Below, piece after piece: positions 40,133 through 50,401 of a stretch of 64,000 bases of DNA (its first letter is position 1; each line of letters opens with the position of its first letter). This DNA is from Chitinophagales bacterium (GTDB lineage: Bacteria; Bacteroidota; Bacteroidia; Chitinophagales; Chitinophagaceae), in contig JBBRSV010000009.1 in the NCBI GenBank assembly GCA_038245055.1, forward strand, positions 911 through 64,910, given 5' to 3'. The notes below the pieces were generated by a model. The model saw only the letters and a program-made list of their open reading frames with translations. It was not told the origin of the DNA and searched no databases. A program made the position numbers and the translations under genes.

Positions 40133-42064
40133 ATGACAAAACCCAATAAAATGCGGTTTCTTACTGGTGGCGGGGAAATGGGTAATCTCATACGTTCTGT
40201 AAACTGGTCAGCAACTCCTCTCGGTGATCCTACCGATTGGTCTCCCACGTTAAAGACGCACGTGAGCACAATGCTTCATAATAAGATCGGAATGTACATC
40301 GCCTGGGGCAAAGAATATATTCAATTGTATAATGATGCTTATAGGCCCATCCTTGGATCAGTAAAGCATCCCGCTGCGATGGGTATCAGCACCAGGGAAA
40401 CGTTTGCAGAGATTTGGCATATTATAGAAAGCATGTTTGCAGATGTGATGGCCGGTAATTCTGTCGGATTTCCTGATTTTATGTTGCCACTTGAAAGAAA
40501 CGGATTTGTTGAAGAATGTTTTTTTGACTTTTCGTATAGCCCTATTTTCGAAATTGATGGAACAGTAGGTGGTGTGCTGGTGACTGTGATAGAAACAACG
40601 GAAAAAAAACGAAATTTTGAGCGTTTATCAGATAGGCAGCGACAACTGGACTTTACCATTGAGGCTGCTGATTTGGCTACATGGGATCTTGATCCTAAGA
40701 CAAATAAGTTTGTTGGAAATGATAGACTAAAAAAATGGTTTGGACTTGAAACCGACGAGGAGATAGCGTTGCCGGTTGCTTTTGATAGAATCATTGTACA
40801 GGATCGTGAGCGCGTAGCAAATGCAATCGAGGCAGCCCTGAAGCCGGGTTCAGATGGAAGTTATGAAATTGAATACACAATTTTTAACCCGGTAAATAAC
40901 AAATATAAAAATGTACTGGCCAGGGGGAAAGCATTGTTTGATAAAGACGACAGGCCATTCAAGTTCAGCGGTATCCTCCAGGATGTCACAAGCTTTGCAG
41001 ACATCACCAAACATTTGAAAGAGGTTGGAGAAAGATTTGAAACCATGGCCAATAATATGCCAAACCTTGCATGGATAGCCCATGCAGATGGGTGGATATA
41101 TTGGTATAATAAACAATGGTATAATTATACAGGAACAGTTGCTAAAGATATGGAGGGATGGGGCTGGAAATCTGTACACGATCCGATAGAATTTCCACGA
41201 GTACTTAAAGTGTACGAGGAATCCATCAAGACAGGCCATCCATTTGAAATGGTTTTTCCAATAAAAGGCGCCGATGGCATATTCAGGCCTTTTTTAACCA
41301 GGACGGTGCCCATAAAAAATGACACCGGGGAAATCATCAACTGGTTAGGTACTAATACCGATATTACCAAACAAAAGGAGGCCGAGACCTTAAAAGAAAA
41401 CTTTCTGTCCATGGCAAGTCACGAGTTAAAAACTCCTGTTACGACTATAAAAGCTTACGCCCAATTATTGGAAACGATTGCTGCTTCCGGTGAAGCAATG
41501 CCAATAGGAGAAATGTTGCAGAAAATTGTGAAGCAGGCGGATAAACTGACCAGTATAATTGAAGACTTGTTAGATATTACCAAGATTCAAAAGAACAAAT
41601 TTGTATTCAATAACGCTGTGTTTAATTTTAATGAACTTGTGAATGAGGCTGTGGAAGACATGCAAAGGATAAGTGGCAGGCATACTATAGAGACAAACTT
41701 TGATAGCAATATTGAAATACACGGGGATCGTGATAAAATCATACAGGTGATAAATAATCTTATTTCCAACGCTGTTAAATATTCCCCGCAAAGCGATAGA
41801 ATTATTATTGCAACCAGGTTGCTTGATGGTGGAGTTCAGTTAAGTGTACAAGATTTTGGAATCGGGATCGAAGGGAAAAAGCATCAAAATATTTTTGAAC
41901 AATTTTACCGCATAAGCGACTCCAGCCAATACACTTTTCCGGGCTTGGGTATCGGGTTATATATAGCATCGGAAATCGTTACTTTACTTGGAGGGAAAAT
42001 ATGGCTCGAAAGCGAAATGAATAAAGGATCCACATTTTATGTATGGCTCCCCGCCAAAACCTGA
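40133..42064 (+). CDS. Cytoplasmic multi-PAS sensor histidine kinase
   Basis: GGGEMG..W..TPLG N-terminus, PAS/PAC repeats, SHELKTP H-box, NLISNAVKY, DFGIGI, GLGIGL; ATG at 40133 preferred over TTG at 40031. Confidence 0.93.
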   Translation: MTKPNKMRFLTGGGEMGNLIRSVNWSATPLGDPTDWSPTLKTHVSTMLHNKIGMYIAWGKEYIQLYNDAYRPILGSVKHPAAMGISTRETFAEIWHIIESMFADVMAGNSVGFPDFMLPLERNGFVEECFFDFSYSPIFEIDGTVGGVLVTVIETTEKKRNFERLSDRQRQLDFTIEAADLATWDLDPKTNKFVGNDRLKKWFGLETDEEIALPVAFDRIIVQDRERVANAIEAALKPGSDGSYEIEYTIFNPVNNKYKNVLARGKALFDKDDRPFKFSGILQDVTSFADITKHLKEVGERFETMANNMPNLAWIAHADGWIYWYNKQWYNYTGTVAKDMEGWGWKSVHDPIEFPRVLKVYEESIKTGHPFEMVFPIKGADGIFRPFLTRTVPIKNDTGEIINWLGTNTDITKQKEAETLKENFLSMASHELKTPVTTIKAYAQLLETIAASGEAMPIGEMLQKIVKQADKLTSIIEDLLDITKIQKNKFVFNNAVFNFNELVNEAVEDMQRISGRHTIETNFDSNIEIHGDRDKIIQVINNLISNAVKYSPQSDRIIIATRLLDGGVQLSVQDFGIGIEGKKHQNIFEQFYRISDSSQYTFPGLGIGLYIASEIVTLLGGKIWLESEMNKGSTFYVWLPAKT

Positions 42065-42169
42065 TAAGGCACTATCTCGCAATCTTCGGGGTTACACCAA
42101 AATAATTTACCTCTGCAGCCAACGTGACAGCATTTTACCAGAACTTTAAAATATAAAATTTCATCTAAC

Positions 42170-42709
42170 ATGGCTATAAAAAATCAAGTACTTGATATGA
42201 CTCCCGTGGGAATGAAATTTACAGTTTTGAAAACCAGCATTGATACAAACGGTAAGTCTCTTGATTTACATTGGGATTTATTGCCAGGATGCAACATGAA
42301 AGATCCGCTGGTACACATTCATCCAAATGCTATTGAGACTTATGAAATATTGGAAGGCAAAATGGAATTTTTCATTAAAGACAAATGGCAAGCTGCGAAA
42401 AAAGGAGATAAACTCATGGTTCCGATTGGAGTAAAACATGCTTTTCGAAACCCGTCGCAGCGTGTTGTATCTGTATTTAACACTCACCAGCCTGCGCTTA
42501 GAATGGAAAATTATTTTGAAGATGTTTGTAAGGTCTTAGATAGGGTTACAGACAATAGAAAAAAAGAATTTAAAATGAACTTGAAGGCAATGCTGTATAT
42601 GGGTGTTCTTATGAGTAATTACCGAAATGACATTATCGCAAAAAACCCACCTGATGCAGCGATTAAAGCGCTTGGTTATATCGGCAACCTGCTAAATTTC
42701 CATTTATGA
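42170..42709 (+). CDS. Cupin domain protein
   Basis: HIHPNAIE..EILEG and VP.GVKHAFRN cupin motifs. Confidence 0.85.
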   Translation: MAIKNQVLDMTPVGMKFTVLKTSIDTNGKSLDLHWDLLPGCNMKDPLVHIHPNAIETYEILEGKMEFFIKDKWQAAKKGDKLMVPIGVKHAFRNPSQRVVSVFNTHQPALRMENYFEDVCKVLDRVTDNRKKEFKMNLKAMLYMGVLMSNYRNDIIAKNPPDAAIKALGYIGNLLNFHL

Positions 42710-42726
42710 TCTGTATTTACGCTAAC

Positions 42727-43539
42727 CTACATAGAAATCGCCACAATAGGTATGTGGCTGGCGAGGGCTAATTTTCTTGTATAAATTTTAAAAAGATGAT
42801 TGATAAAGCCCTGCTTTTTCGGAACGGTAATGATTATATCAATTTCTTTGGCTTCGGCAAAGGTGACAATACTATCTAAAAAATCATAAGCTCTTAAAAA
42901 TGAGAATTCGGGATCATAATTCTTAAGCTTAAATTCCATTTCTTCTTTTTCGATCTTATATGCCTCGGAAAGCTCAACATAATGTTCACTGTCTACATTA
43001 AGGATATGGAGTTTTGGACTGAAGAAATCCAACACTTTTTTAAGAGAATCAAAAGGCGTTCTGCGTGCAACATCTTTAAAATCTGAAGCGAAAAGAACAT
43101 TCTTTACCTTTTTAAACTTAACATCAGGAGGAATGATCATAATGGGAGCGTGAATGTTTCTTATCAGGTTAAGTGTATCGTTTCCGATATTAATACTCGC
43201 CATTCTTGAACTGCCATTGATGCCCATAATTACCATATCTATATGGTTGCTTACAACGTACTTTGAAATATTATCAATAAAAGAACCTCCCTCCGATTCG
43301 ATAGTAATTTTCTGATCAGGGGTATTTTTAAGGAAGTCTTTTATAATTTTCAACTCATTATCTGTTGCCATTTTCCTTGAGCCTTCTTCACTGTCATTCG
43401 ATGTTGAAAAAAAGACGTTTCGGTACACATGGTACAAAATTATTTCAGTTCCCGAAATATCTTTTGTCATTTCAATTACATATTCAGCGGCGCTTTCTGA
43501 TGGCAGAGAAAAATCTACCGGGACAAGAAATTTTTTCAT
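42727..43539 (-). CDS. Universal stress protein (tandem USP domains)
   Basis: KFLVPVDFS, DMVIMGING, VLFASDF. Confidence 0.92.
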   Translation of the reverse strand: MKKFLVPVDFSLPSESAAEYVIEMTKDISGTEIILYHVYRNVFFSTSNDSEEGSRKMATDNELKIIKDFLKNTPDQKITIESEGGSFIDNISKYVVSNHIDMVIMGINGSSRMASINIGNDTLNLIRNIHAPIMIIPPDVKFKKVKNVLFASDFKDVARRTPFDSLKKVLDFFSPKLHILNVDSEHYVELSEAYKIEKEEMEFKLKNYDPEFSFLRAYDFLDSIVTFAEAKEIDIIITVPKKQGFINHLFKIYTRKLALASHIPIVAISM

Positions 43540-43604
43540 TTATAAATTTTTACTAAGGTAAATAATTAAAGGCAAAAAAATCCTTTAAAATCCGCAGGCG
43601 AAAT

Positions 43605-43718
43605 TAACGGCCATAATAATTCGTTCACCGTAGCCTCAGCCCTTTCACGAAAGGGCAAGAATACAATGCCCGAAATGGCGGTGCGAAAACTTGTGCGTAT
43701 GGCTACCGGTGCCGGTTA
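43605..43718. ncRNA. Candidate structured RNA or repeat element (multibranch)
   Basis: CACCGTAGCC (43626-35) pairs with GGCTACCGGTG (43701-11) and encloses GCCCTTT-cacg-AAAGGGC and GCC-cgaaat-GGC; bounded by TAAC...GTTA. Confidence 0.45.
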
Positions 43719-43900
43719 CACGCGTGCGTTTGCTAATAAAGGATTATGACATTGAACACAACGATTTAAGAAGGCTGTAGAAAGTTAATAAAGTATGATT
43801 TGTAACGAAAAATAACTACCGCTGAAGCAAAATAAACATATGAATGTCGAAAGATGCCTGGTGCAAGAGTGTCACGCGGATTACATTATATAATGATCTT

Positions 43901-44758
43901 TTATCTTACCGGCACCGTAAACAAACCGTTAGTTATTACTAAACTGTCTGTGCCTGTACCTTGTTGATTTTTGATAGTTCCGCTAAAAGTGCCCTGCACA
44001 TAATGCGCACTTGCAACAATTAAATTTATGTTGAAAGATGTATTGCTTGAGCTGTCTGCCGTCCAGGTTTCGCCCACATTATCGAAGTAATTAAAATAGG
44101 CTTTGGAGGTATTTGTGTTGGTATATATTCCTGCTCCGATGCCTGTTGTAGCGCCCACACCAAATTCAATTTTGGACTTTGAATTAACGATCGTATCCAG
44201 GCCCGATACGATAAGCCCGGCTGCGCCTGAATTTCCGGGAACACCGCTGTTGGTCGCATAAGCGCTGTCTCCAAAATTTCTATACACGCCATTGAGAAAA
44301 CAACTAAGAAAATAATTCGGCTTAATACCTTGCACCGTTGCAACTGAAAAGGTGCAGCTTCCTCCCGGGCCGCTTAACCTGGTTAAGACAAAATTAGAAG
44401 TATCAATTGCTATCGGAGTTCCGGTTCCGTTGAGAATCACCGTTTGCATACCTGTTGATGTAAAGGTGCTGGTACTGCTGAAAAGAATGCCATTTACTGT
44501 GTTGGTCGCAATCCAATAAGGGCCGGCTACAGAAACTTCAACCGTTATCATCACTGTATTTGTAGCATCCAGCGCAGTGTCTGCAACATATCTTCCTGAA
44601 ACGGTTGTTGCTGCACAACTGCCTCCGGTTCCCAAAGTATAAGTAGCTAAAGGCGTTGAATTATCAACAACAGTTTTTTTGCAACTGCATATTACTATTA
44701 GCAAAAAAATTGTTGCCAATAGATTTTTCAGAAGGAACATTTTAAATAAAGTTTTCAA
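43901..44758 (-). CDS. Hypothetical beta-rich lipoprotein
   Basis: Lipobox ICSC; Thr/Gly-rich beta-sandwich-like sequence with paired Cys. Confidence 0.75.
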   Translation of the reverse strand: MKTLFKMFLLKNLLATIFLLIVICSCKKTVVDNSTPLATYTLGTGGSCAATTVSGRYVADTALDATNTVMITVEVSVAGPYWIATNTVNGILFSSTSTFTSTGMQTVILNGTGTPIAIDTSNFVLTRLSGPGGSCTFSVATVQGIKPNYFLSCFLNGVYRNFGDSAYATNSGVPGNSGAAGLIVSGLDTIVNSKSKIEFGVGATTGIGAGIYTNTNTSKAYFNYFDNVGETWTADSSSNTSFNINLIVASAHYVQGTFSGTIKNQQGTGTDSLVITNGLFTVPVR

Positions 44759-44957
44759 ATGACAATAATTCTTGCGGAATTTTCAAAGATAATTAGTTTC
44801 AGGTTGAAACGAGAACAGGGGTTGTTCGTAAATTTATTTCCATAAAATTGCGGTTACATTACGACGCCATTTTTTTCCTGGTTGGAATATTTTTTTAGTT
44901 TTCTCTAAATAATCCGGATAAAGTTTTTGAAGAACTTCAAAATCTGTAATTTGTACC

Positions 44958-46628
44958 ATGCATAAATTATCTGCCCTTTCAAAAATTATCATTTGGTTTT
45001 TTTTTCTCTTAACAATAAAATTATCTGCTCATGCCCAGGATGTTTCAGTGCGTGAAATTGCCGATGCGGAAAACTTGATCGGGCTTCATTTTAATGCGGC
45101 ACAAAGAGATTCGATGGTGAATCAATTGAATGCAAATCTGCATATTTATCAATACCTGCATGGTTTCAATTTAGCCAATAGTGTACCTTTACCGCAATGG
45201 TTTGACCCTGTATTACCACAGATGAAATTCAGCACCAGCCAACAGTCTATTGACTTCAACCTTCCAACAAATGTGGTAATGCCTGCTGATAAGAATCAAT
45301 TGGCATTTTACTCAATTGCTCAATTGTCAGCTTTACTGCGGCAACACAAAATCACTTCGGTGCAACTAACCACTTTCTTTATAAACCGCCTGAAAAAATA
45401 TGGCGACACGTTGCATTGCGTTATCAGCCTTACAGAAAATATCGCCATGAAACAGGCAAAGCAGGCTGACGTTGCTTTCGCAAAAGGCATTTATAAAAGC
45501 CCGCTGCAAGGCATACCCTATGGGCTTAAAGATTTGTTTGCGGTAAAAGGGACTAAAACAACTTATGGTACACCGCCTTTTAAAAACCAGGTACTGGATG
45601 AAGATGCATTCGTGTACCAGCAACTGGAAAAAGCCGGCGCTGTTTTAATTGCGAAGCTATCCATGGGGGAGCTGGCAATGGATGATATTTGGTTTGGCGG
45701 ACAAACGAAAAACCCCTGGAATTTGCAGCAAGGATCTAATGGCTCATCTGCAGGTTCGGCATCGGCTACTGTAGCCGGGTTGGTACCATTTGCTATTGGT
45801 ACAGAAACCTATGGCTCCATCGTAGCGCCGAGTGCCGTATGTGGTGCAACGGGTCTGCGGCCTACTTTTGGCAGTGTTGCCCGCACCGGTGGCATGACGC
45901 TTGCCTGGACTTCCGACCGCATCGGGCCTATTTGCCGTAACGCTGAAGATGCAGCAATAGTATTTGCGTCTATACATGGTAGTGATGTATATGATCGCGC
46001 CTCAAGAACAATGCCTTTTAACTATACTGGCATTGTTAATCTCAAAAATATAAAGGTGGCTTATGCAAAAAACTATATCGATACCTTGAGTGATAATAGT
46101 GCAGAAAAGGGAGTTATAAAAACTTTGCGGGATGCGGGTGTGCAGGTTACGGGTATTGATTTTCCTTCTAACCTTCATACAAGTGATTTATTAACTACTA
46201 TTTGGGCCGCAGAGTCCGCTGCCGCTTTTGATCCGCTAACCAGGTCTGGCAAAGACAGCGAGATGGTGCAACAATGGCAAAGCCGCTATCCTAATATGTT
46301 TAGAAGTGCCCGCTTTATACCGGCAGTTGAATACCTTAATGTTTGTCGTGTACGCTACCTCGTTATGCAACAGGCTTTTCCATTGTTAAGCAAATATGAT
46401 ATCATTATTGTGCCAAGTATGGCCGATGAACCGATGGCGCTTACATGCCTTACGGGCAATCCATGTATTACTTTGCCTTCAGGCCTGCCGGTTATGGGTG
46501 GCGCTCCGCCCAGCATTACTTTTCTTGGTGGCAAATTATACAGTGAAGCAACATTAGCTGCTTTCGCTAAAAAGTTCCAGCAACTAACTCATTATGAGCA
46601 AAAGCATCCGGCTATGTTTTCGAACTAA
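44958..46628 (+). CDS. Amidase signature family enzyme, exported
   Basis: GLKDL, GSNGSSAGS, GTETYGSI (Lys-cisSer-Ser triad), GLRPTFG; signal peptide. Confidence 0.92.
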   Translation: MHKLSALSKIIIWFFFLLTIKLSAHAQDVSVREIADAENLIGLHFNAAQRDSMVNQLNANLHIYQYLHGFNLANSVPLPQWFDPVLPQMKFSTSQQSIDFNLPTNVVMPADKNQLAFYSIAQLSALLRQHKITSVQLTTFFINRLKKYGDTLHCVISLTENIAMKQAKQADVAFAKGIYKSPLQGIPYGLKDLFAVKGTKTTYGTPPFKNQVLDEDAFVYQQLEKAGAVLIAKLSMGELAMDDIWFGGQTKNPWNLQQGSNGSSAGSASATVAGLVPFAIGTETYGSIVAPSAVCGATGLRPTFGSVARTGGMTLAWTSDRIGPICRNAEDAAIVFASIHGSDVYDRASRTMPFNYTGIVNLKNIKVAYAKNYIDTLSDNSAEKGVIKTLRDAGVQVTGIDFPSNLHTSDLLTTIWAAESAAAFDPLTRSGKDSEMVQQWQSRYPNMFRSARFIPAVEYLNVCRVRYLVMQQAFPLLSKYDIIIVPSMADEPMALTCLTGNPCITLPSGLPVMGGAPPSITFLGGKLYSEATLAAFAKKFQQLTHYEQKHPAMFSN

Positions 46629-46733
46629 TTTTAATAGCAGCGGTTAGGAATAATCGATTTACAAACGATTTGATCCAATGTTTCTACGCATTGAGCCATG
46701 ATGTCATTGATAAATTCTTTAAATTGGAAAACT

Positions 46734-47036
46734 ATGATTTTCATTACACAACTCATTTACATTTTGGAAGGACAAGAAAGAATTTTTGATGAATTTGAAT
46801 CTATCGCTATTCCCGCGATTTCAAAATATAACGGTCAGCTTTTACTTCGTGTACGGCCTACCACTGAAGCTTATATTCAAAAGGCCATTGAAGCCCCTTA
46901 TGAAATTCACCTGGTTAGCTTTGAAACCGATAATGACTTTTCAAACTTTATGCATGACGAAGAAAGAAAGAAGTTCCTTCATTTAAAAGAGCAATCCATA
47001 AAGTCGGTTTTATTAATAAAAGGAACCAAACTTTAA
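46734..47036 (+). CDS. DUF1330-like dimeric alpha-beta barrel protein
   Basis: FESIAIP.ISKYNG.LLLR..P, EIHLVSF, F.HDEERKKFLHLKEQSI; ATG at 46734 preferred. Confidence 0.75.
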   Translation: MIFITQLIYILEGQERIFDEFESIAIPAISKYNGQLLLRVRPTTEAYIQKAIEAPYEIHLVSFETDNDFSNFMHDEERKKFLHLKEQSIKSVLLIKGTKL

Positions 47037-47142
47037 GGATTTTATTGCCAAATAATTACGCGGGTTAAAGTACTCACTATACATTTTGCAGGCAAACTTT
47101 GCAATTTAGCAGAAGACAATTGCATGGGAATAAAGAGCTGTA

Positions 47143-47150
47143 TACATTTG
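47143..47150 (+). promoter_or_regulatory. Bacteroidota primary-sigma -7 element
   Basis: TACATTTG matches TAnnTTTG, 24 bp upstream of the kinase start codon. Confidence 0.5.
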
Positions 47151-47173
47151 AGGTGCTATAAATACGAAGCAAA

Positions 47174-48214
47174 ATGAAAAAGCAAATTGTTGTGCTGTTG
47201 CACTTATTTTATTGGTTGATGTATTTGTCATTACTATCTATGTTCTTCGTCATCTTAAACTCAGGCCGGATGCACGTTACATTTAAATTTTTATGTGCTG
47301 TCCTATTCCTGAAGCCATTTGGATGGAGCGCAATTATTCCTGGCCTGTTTGGTTTTTATACATTTTATTGGATACTATTTAAAAGATATCTTGTAAAGCA
47401 AAAAATATTAAAATTGTTTTTGTCTGCAGGCGTTTTCTGTTTTTGCAGTTCTATTATCACGGAGTTAGTTATTTATATAACTTTTCATAAACAAGGAATT
47501 AATTGGGGTGGAAATGATGTTTTTGTGATTGGTTTGCTTGTAGCTTTTATCACACTAATAAATGGCGCGACGGGTTTAATTATGAAAGGCTTTATTAATT
47601 GGTATAACGATATAAAAATTAAAGTGGCCCTTAACAAGAGAAATTACGAAATGGAATTGGCGATGCTGAAATCTCAAATTAATCCACATTTTTTATTTAA
47701 TACTATTAATAATATTGATGTATTGATCACTAAGGATGCGATACGGGCGTCTGAATATTTAAACAAGCTCTCGGATATTATGCGGTTTATGCTTTATGAA
47801 ACAAAACCTTCAAAAATTCCTTTAGATAAGGAACTATCCTACATAGAAAAATTTATTGAACTGCAAAAAATAAGAACACTCAATGAACATTACATCAATT
47901 ATTCTCTGAAGGGAGATCCCGCAAATTTCATGATTTCGCCAATGATATTAATTCCATTTATCGAAAATGCTTTTAAACATGCTGAAGATAAAAAGGCAGA
48001 AAATGCTATCAATATTAATCTCGACATCGAAAACGAAAAATTCATTTTCAAATGCGAAAATTCTTTCAATCAACATGCGCAAGCGAGCCCCGGACAAAGC
48101 GGACTTGGAAGTGAAATAATAAAAAAACGATTAGCGCTATTATATCCCGGCAAGCATAAATTAACCATCACAAATAATAACGAACTTTATAAGGTTGAAT
48201 TATCACTTTATTAA
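47174..48214 (+). CDS. LytS/YehU-type membrane sensor histidine kinase
   Basis: LKSQINPHFLFNTINNI, LIPFIENAFKH, SGLG; 4 N-terminal TM helices. Confidence 0.93.
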   Translation: MKKQIVVLLHLFYWLMYLSLLSMFFVILNSGRMHVTFKFLCAVLFLKPFGWSAIIPGLFGFYTFYWILFKRYLVKQKILKLFLSAGVFCFCSSIITELVIYITFHKQGINWGGNDVFVIGLLVAFITLINGATGLIMKGFINWYNDIKIKVALNKRNYEMELAMLKSQINPHFLFNTINNIDVLITKDAIRASEYLNKLSDIMRFMLYETKPSKIPLDKELSYIEKFIELQKIRTLNEHYINYSLKGDPANFMISPMILIPFIENAFKHAEDKKAENAININLDIENEKFIFKCENSFNQHAQASPGQSGLGSEIIKKRLALLYPGKHKLTITNNNELYKVELSLY

Positions 48215-48222
48215 TTAAGAAA

Positions 48223-48912
48223 ATGAATTGCATTGTTGTTGAAGATGAACCGTTAGCGGCTGAAAGACTTAAGGGTTTTATTTTAAAATTGCCCTTTTTA
48301 AAATTGCTTTCTACATTTGATAATGCATTGGAAGCATTGGCTTTTTTAAAATTTAATAAAGTAGCTATACTTTTTTTAGACATCAACCTGGATGAAATTT
48401 CCGGAATCAGGTTATTAGAATCATCAACTATAACAAGCCAGGTAATTATTACAACCGCTTACCAGGAGTATGCGTTGAAGGGATTTGATTTACAGGTTTG
48501 CGATTATCTTTTGAAGCCTTTTTCCTTCGAACGTTTTGTACAAGCTTTGGATAAAGCAAAAAATAATTTGTCGAAAGATGAAACGCCAAACGACAAAAAA
48601 TTTATTTTCGTCAAGACGGAAAATCGCCTGGAGAAAATATTTTTACATGAGGTTCTTTATATTGAAGGTATGAAAGACTATCGCAAAATTCATACAACGA
48701 CAAAGCGGGTGATGACGCTACAGACATTCAATGATTTTGAAAAAGAAATTACACCTCACCTGGTTTGCAGGGTTCATAAATCGTTTATGGTATCAATAGA
48801 CAAAATTGAATCTATAAAAAGAGACCGCATAAAAATCGGTGATATTTTTATCCCGATTTCTGAAACCTATAAGAAAGTATTTTATGACCTGATCAGTTAT
48901 TCAATTAAATAA
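48223..48912 (+). CDS. LytTR-family response regulator
   Basis: REC domain (VEDE, FLDI, ITTAY, DYLLKP) + LytTR domain (RVHKSFMV). Confidence 0.95.
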   Translation: MNCIVVEDEPLAAERLKGFILKLPFLKLLSTFDNALEALAFLKFNKVAILFLDINLDEISGIRLLESSTITSQVIITTAYQEYALKGFDLQVCDYLLKPFSFERFVQALDKAKNNLSKDETPNDKKFIFVKTENRLEKIFLHEVLYIEGMKDYRKIHTTTKRVMTLQTFNDFEKEITPHLVCRVHKSFMVSIDKIESIKRDRIKIGDIFIPISETYKKVFYDLISYSIK

Positions 48913-48975
48913 TTACAGTAGCATTCGTCCATAGATTCAAATAATTGCCCTTAACTCATTTATTTCTAAAATTAA

Positions 48976-48986
48976 TTGCCTTTCAT
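48976..48986 (+). repeat. Intergenic motif TTGCCTTTCAT, copy 3
   Basis: Exact copy after the LytTR gene. Confidence 0.55.
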
Positions 48987-49457
48987 TTGGCGGCTAATTT
49001 TCATTACGTGAAGCTGAGTCAGCCTAATAATTTGCTTGTAATATTTCCCCGATAAAAAAGAGCTATAGTTCGGACAATTATCCCTCCCTTTCGTCCCTTC
49101 AACTTGCATATCTCCTCACTTCATTCTATATTTAATGCATAAATATCCCATTTAAAAATCTGATGCATAAGATAGTGCAAAATATTTGGCGCCAAACGCC
49201 TCCTCCTTTGCAATTTTTGGGTTAACGTGAAATGCTACATCGTTCGTAATGTTTGCTACCAACCGAAAAAGAAGATAACCTCCTTTTAGAACAGTCGAAT
49301 ACGACATTCAACAAACAACATTTACAATAATGAAGAATACAATTTTTGTTTTCTTCATTAACGAAAGAATTCATGTGCGCTACAAATAATTGATAAAGTA
49401 CTTGCATAAGAGATTAAATAAAATAAAAGTGAAGTCCAGCCATCACTATAAAAACGG

Positions 49458-49486
49458 GCCTGCCCCGCACAGGCATTTCTGCGGGG
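49458..49486 (+). promoter_or_regulatory. Candidate H-type pseudoknot in a 5' leader
   Basis: GCCTG (49458-62) pairs with CAGGC (49470-74); loop CCCCGCA is complementary to TGCGGGG (49480-86); 45 nt upstream of ATG 49532. Confidence 0.35.
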
Positions 49487-49531
49487 GCGAAACCGAAAAG
49501 CCATACGAATAGGAAAATTAAAAATCAAAAC

Positions 49532-50011
49532 ATGAAAAAATTTTTTGTAACAGCAGGCTTATTTCTTTTAGGAATAACTGCTTTCTGCCAGCAGGAAGAA
49601 AATGGGACTATTTACATCAAACATCCGAATATTGACGCGGTAAATAATTCCGGTAAAGCATACCTGGCACAGGATGTAGCAACACTCAAAAAAATATATT
49701 CAGACACAGCAAGATTTTGGGCTTCGGGTATGGAAAAATCTATGCCTATTGCTGATGCGATAAAAATGTGGATGACTGACTTTGATTTTTACACGGATGT
49801 AGCGCAACAAGTAGTTGGCTACCCTGACTACCTGCATTATAAAAAAGATGACGGCATGACCGTGCAATCATGGTGGAACTGGGTCGGCAAGTCGAAGAAA
49901 ACCGGTGAAGTGATAAAAATTCCCATGGTTATTTTCGACGACTTTAATAAGGACGGCAAAATAATAAGAGAGTCAATTTACGGCGATTTTAGCAAGATGG
50001 TAAAAAGTTAA
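49532..50011 (+). CDS. Exported SnoaL/NTF2-like protein
   Basis: Signal peptide; VQSWWNWVGKSKKTG..IPMVIFDDFN.DGKI..E..Y.D NTF2-like pattern. Confidence 0.75.
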   Translation: MKKFFVTAGLFLLGITAFCQQEENGTIYIKHPNIDAVNNSGKAYLAQDVATLKKIYSDTARFWASGMEKSMPIADAIKMWMTDFDFYTDVAQQVVGYPDYLHYKKDDGMTVQSWWNWVGKSKKTGEVIKIPMVIFDDFNKDGKIIRESIYGDFSKMVKS

Positions 50012-50066
50012 ATGCTATTTTTCAAAAGAAGATAAACTCAATTAATAAATCATAAAGATTACAATT

Positions 50067-50333
50067 ATGCCAACAATCATTGCCCGACACAAAGTAGGTG
50101 ACATTAACGCATGGCTCGCGGGGCAACAGGACAGGCTCGAATTATTCGCACCGGTTTCATCAGGATTTCGAACCTTCCAGGATATGGATGATCCAAATTC
50201 CATTGTACTAATCGTTGAAACCGATGATCCGGCAAAACTGGCGACCGTTATAAATGATCCGGCGAATGACGCGGTAAAAGCCAGGCACACAGTCCTTGAG
50301 CCAATCATCATATCTACTGAACTTTCTTTATAA
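50067..50333 (+). CDS. Small dimeric alpha-beta barrel (ABM/cyclase-like) hypothetical protein
   Basis: RHKVGDINAW..., FQDMDDPNSIVLIVE pattern; followed by a terminator. Confidence 0.7.
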   Translation: MPTIIARHKVGDINAWLAGQQDRLELFAPVSSGFRTFQDMDDPNSIVLIVETDDPAKLATVINDPANDAVKARHTVLEPIIISTELSL

Positions 50334-50345
50334 AGGAAAATTTAG

Positions 50346-50382
50346 AACCAGCTAAAATCAAAAGTTTTAGCTGGTTTTTTTT
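50346..50382 (+). terminator. Rho-independent terminator
   Basis: AACCAGCTAAAA-tcaaaag-TTTTAGCTGGTT followed by a T run. Confidence 0.85.
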
Positions 50383-50401
50383 AACGCTAAAATTAAAAGT
50401 T

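Noticed and set aside
43605-43718. Classical integron attC site
   Set aside because: Ends do not fit RYYYAAC/GTTRRRY, the spacers are very asymmetric (4 vs 18 nt), and there is no integrase or cassette array; kept only as a generic structured element
49450-49505. Known riboswitch (c-di-GMP-I, SAM-II, preQ1-I, cobalamin)
   Set aside because: The conserved nucleotides of these families are absent; retained only as a novel candidate
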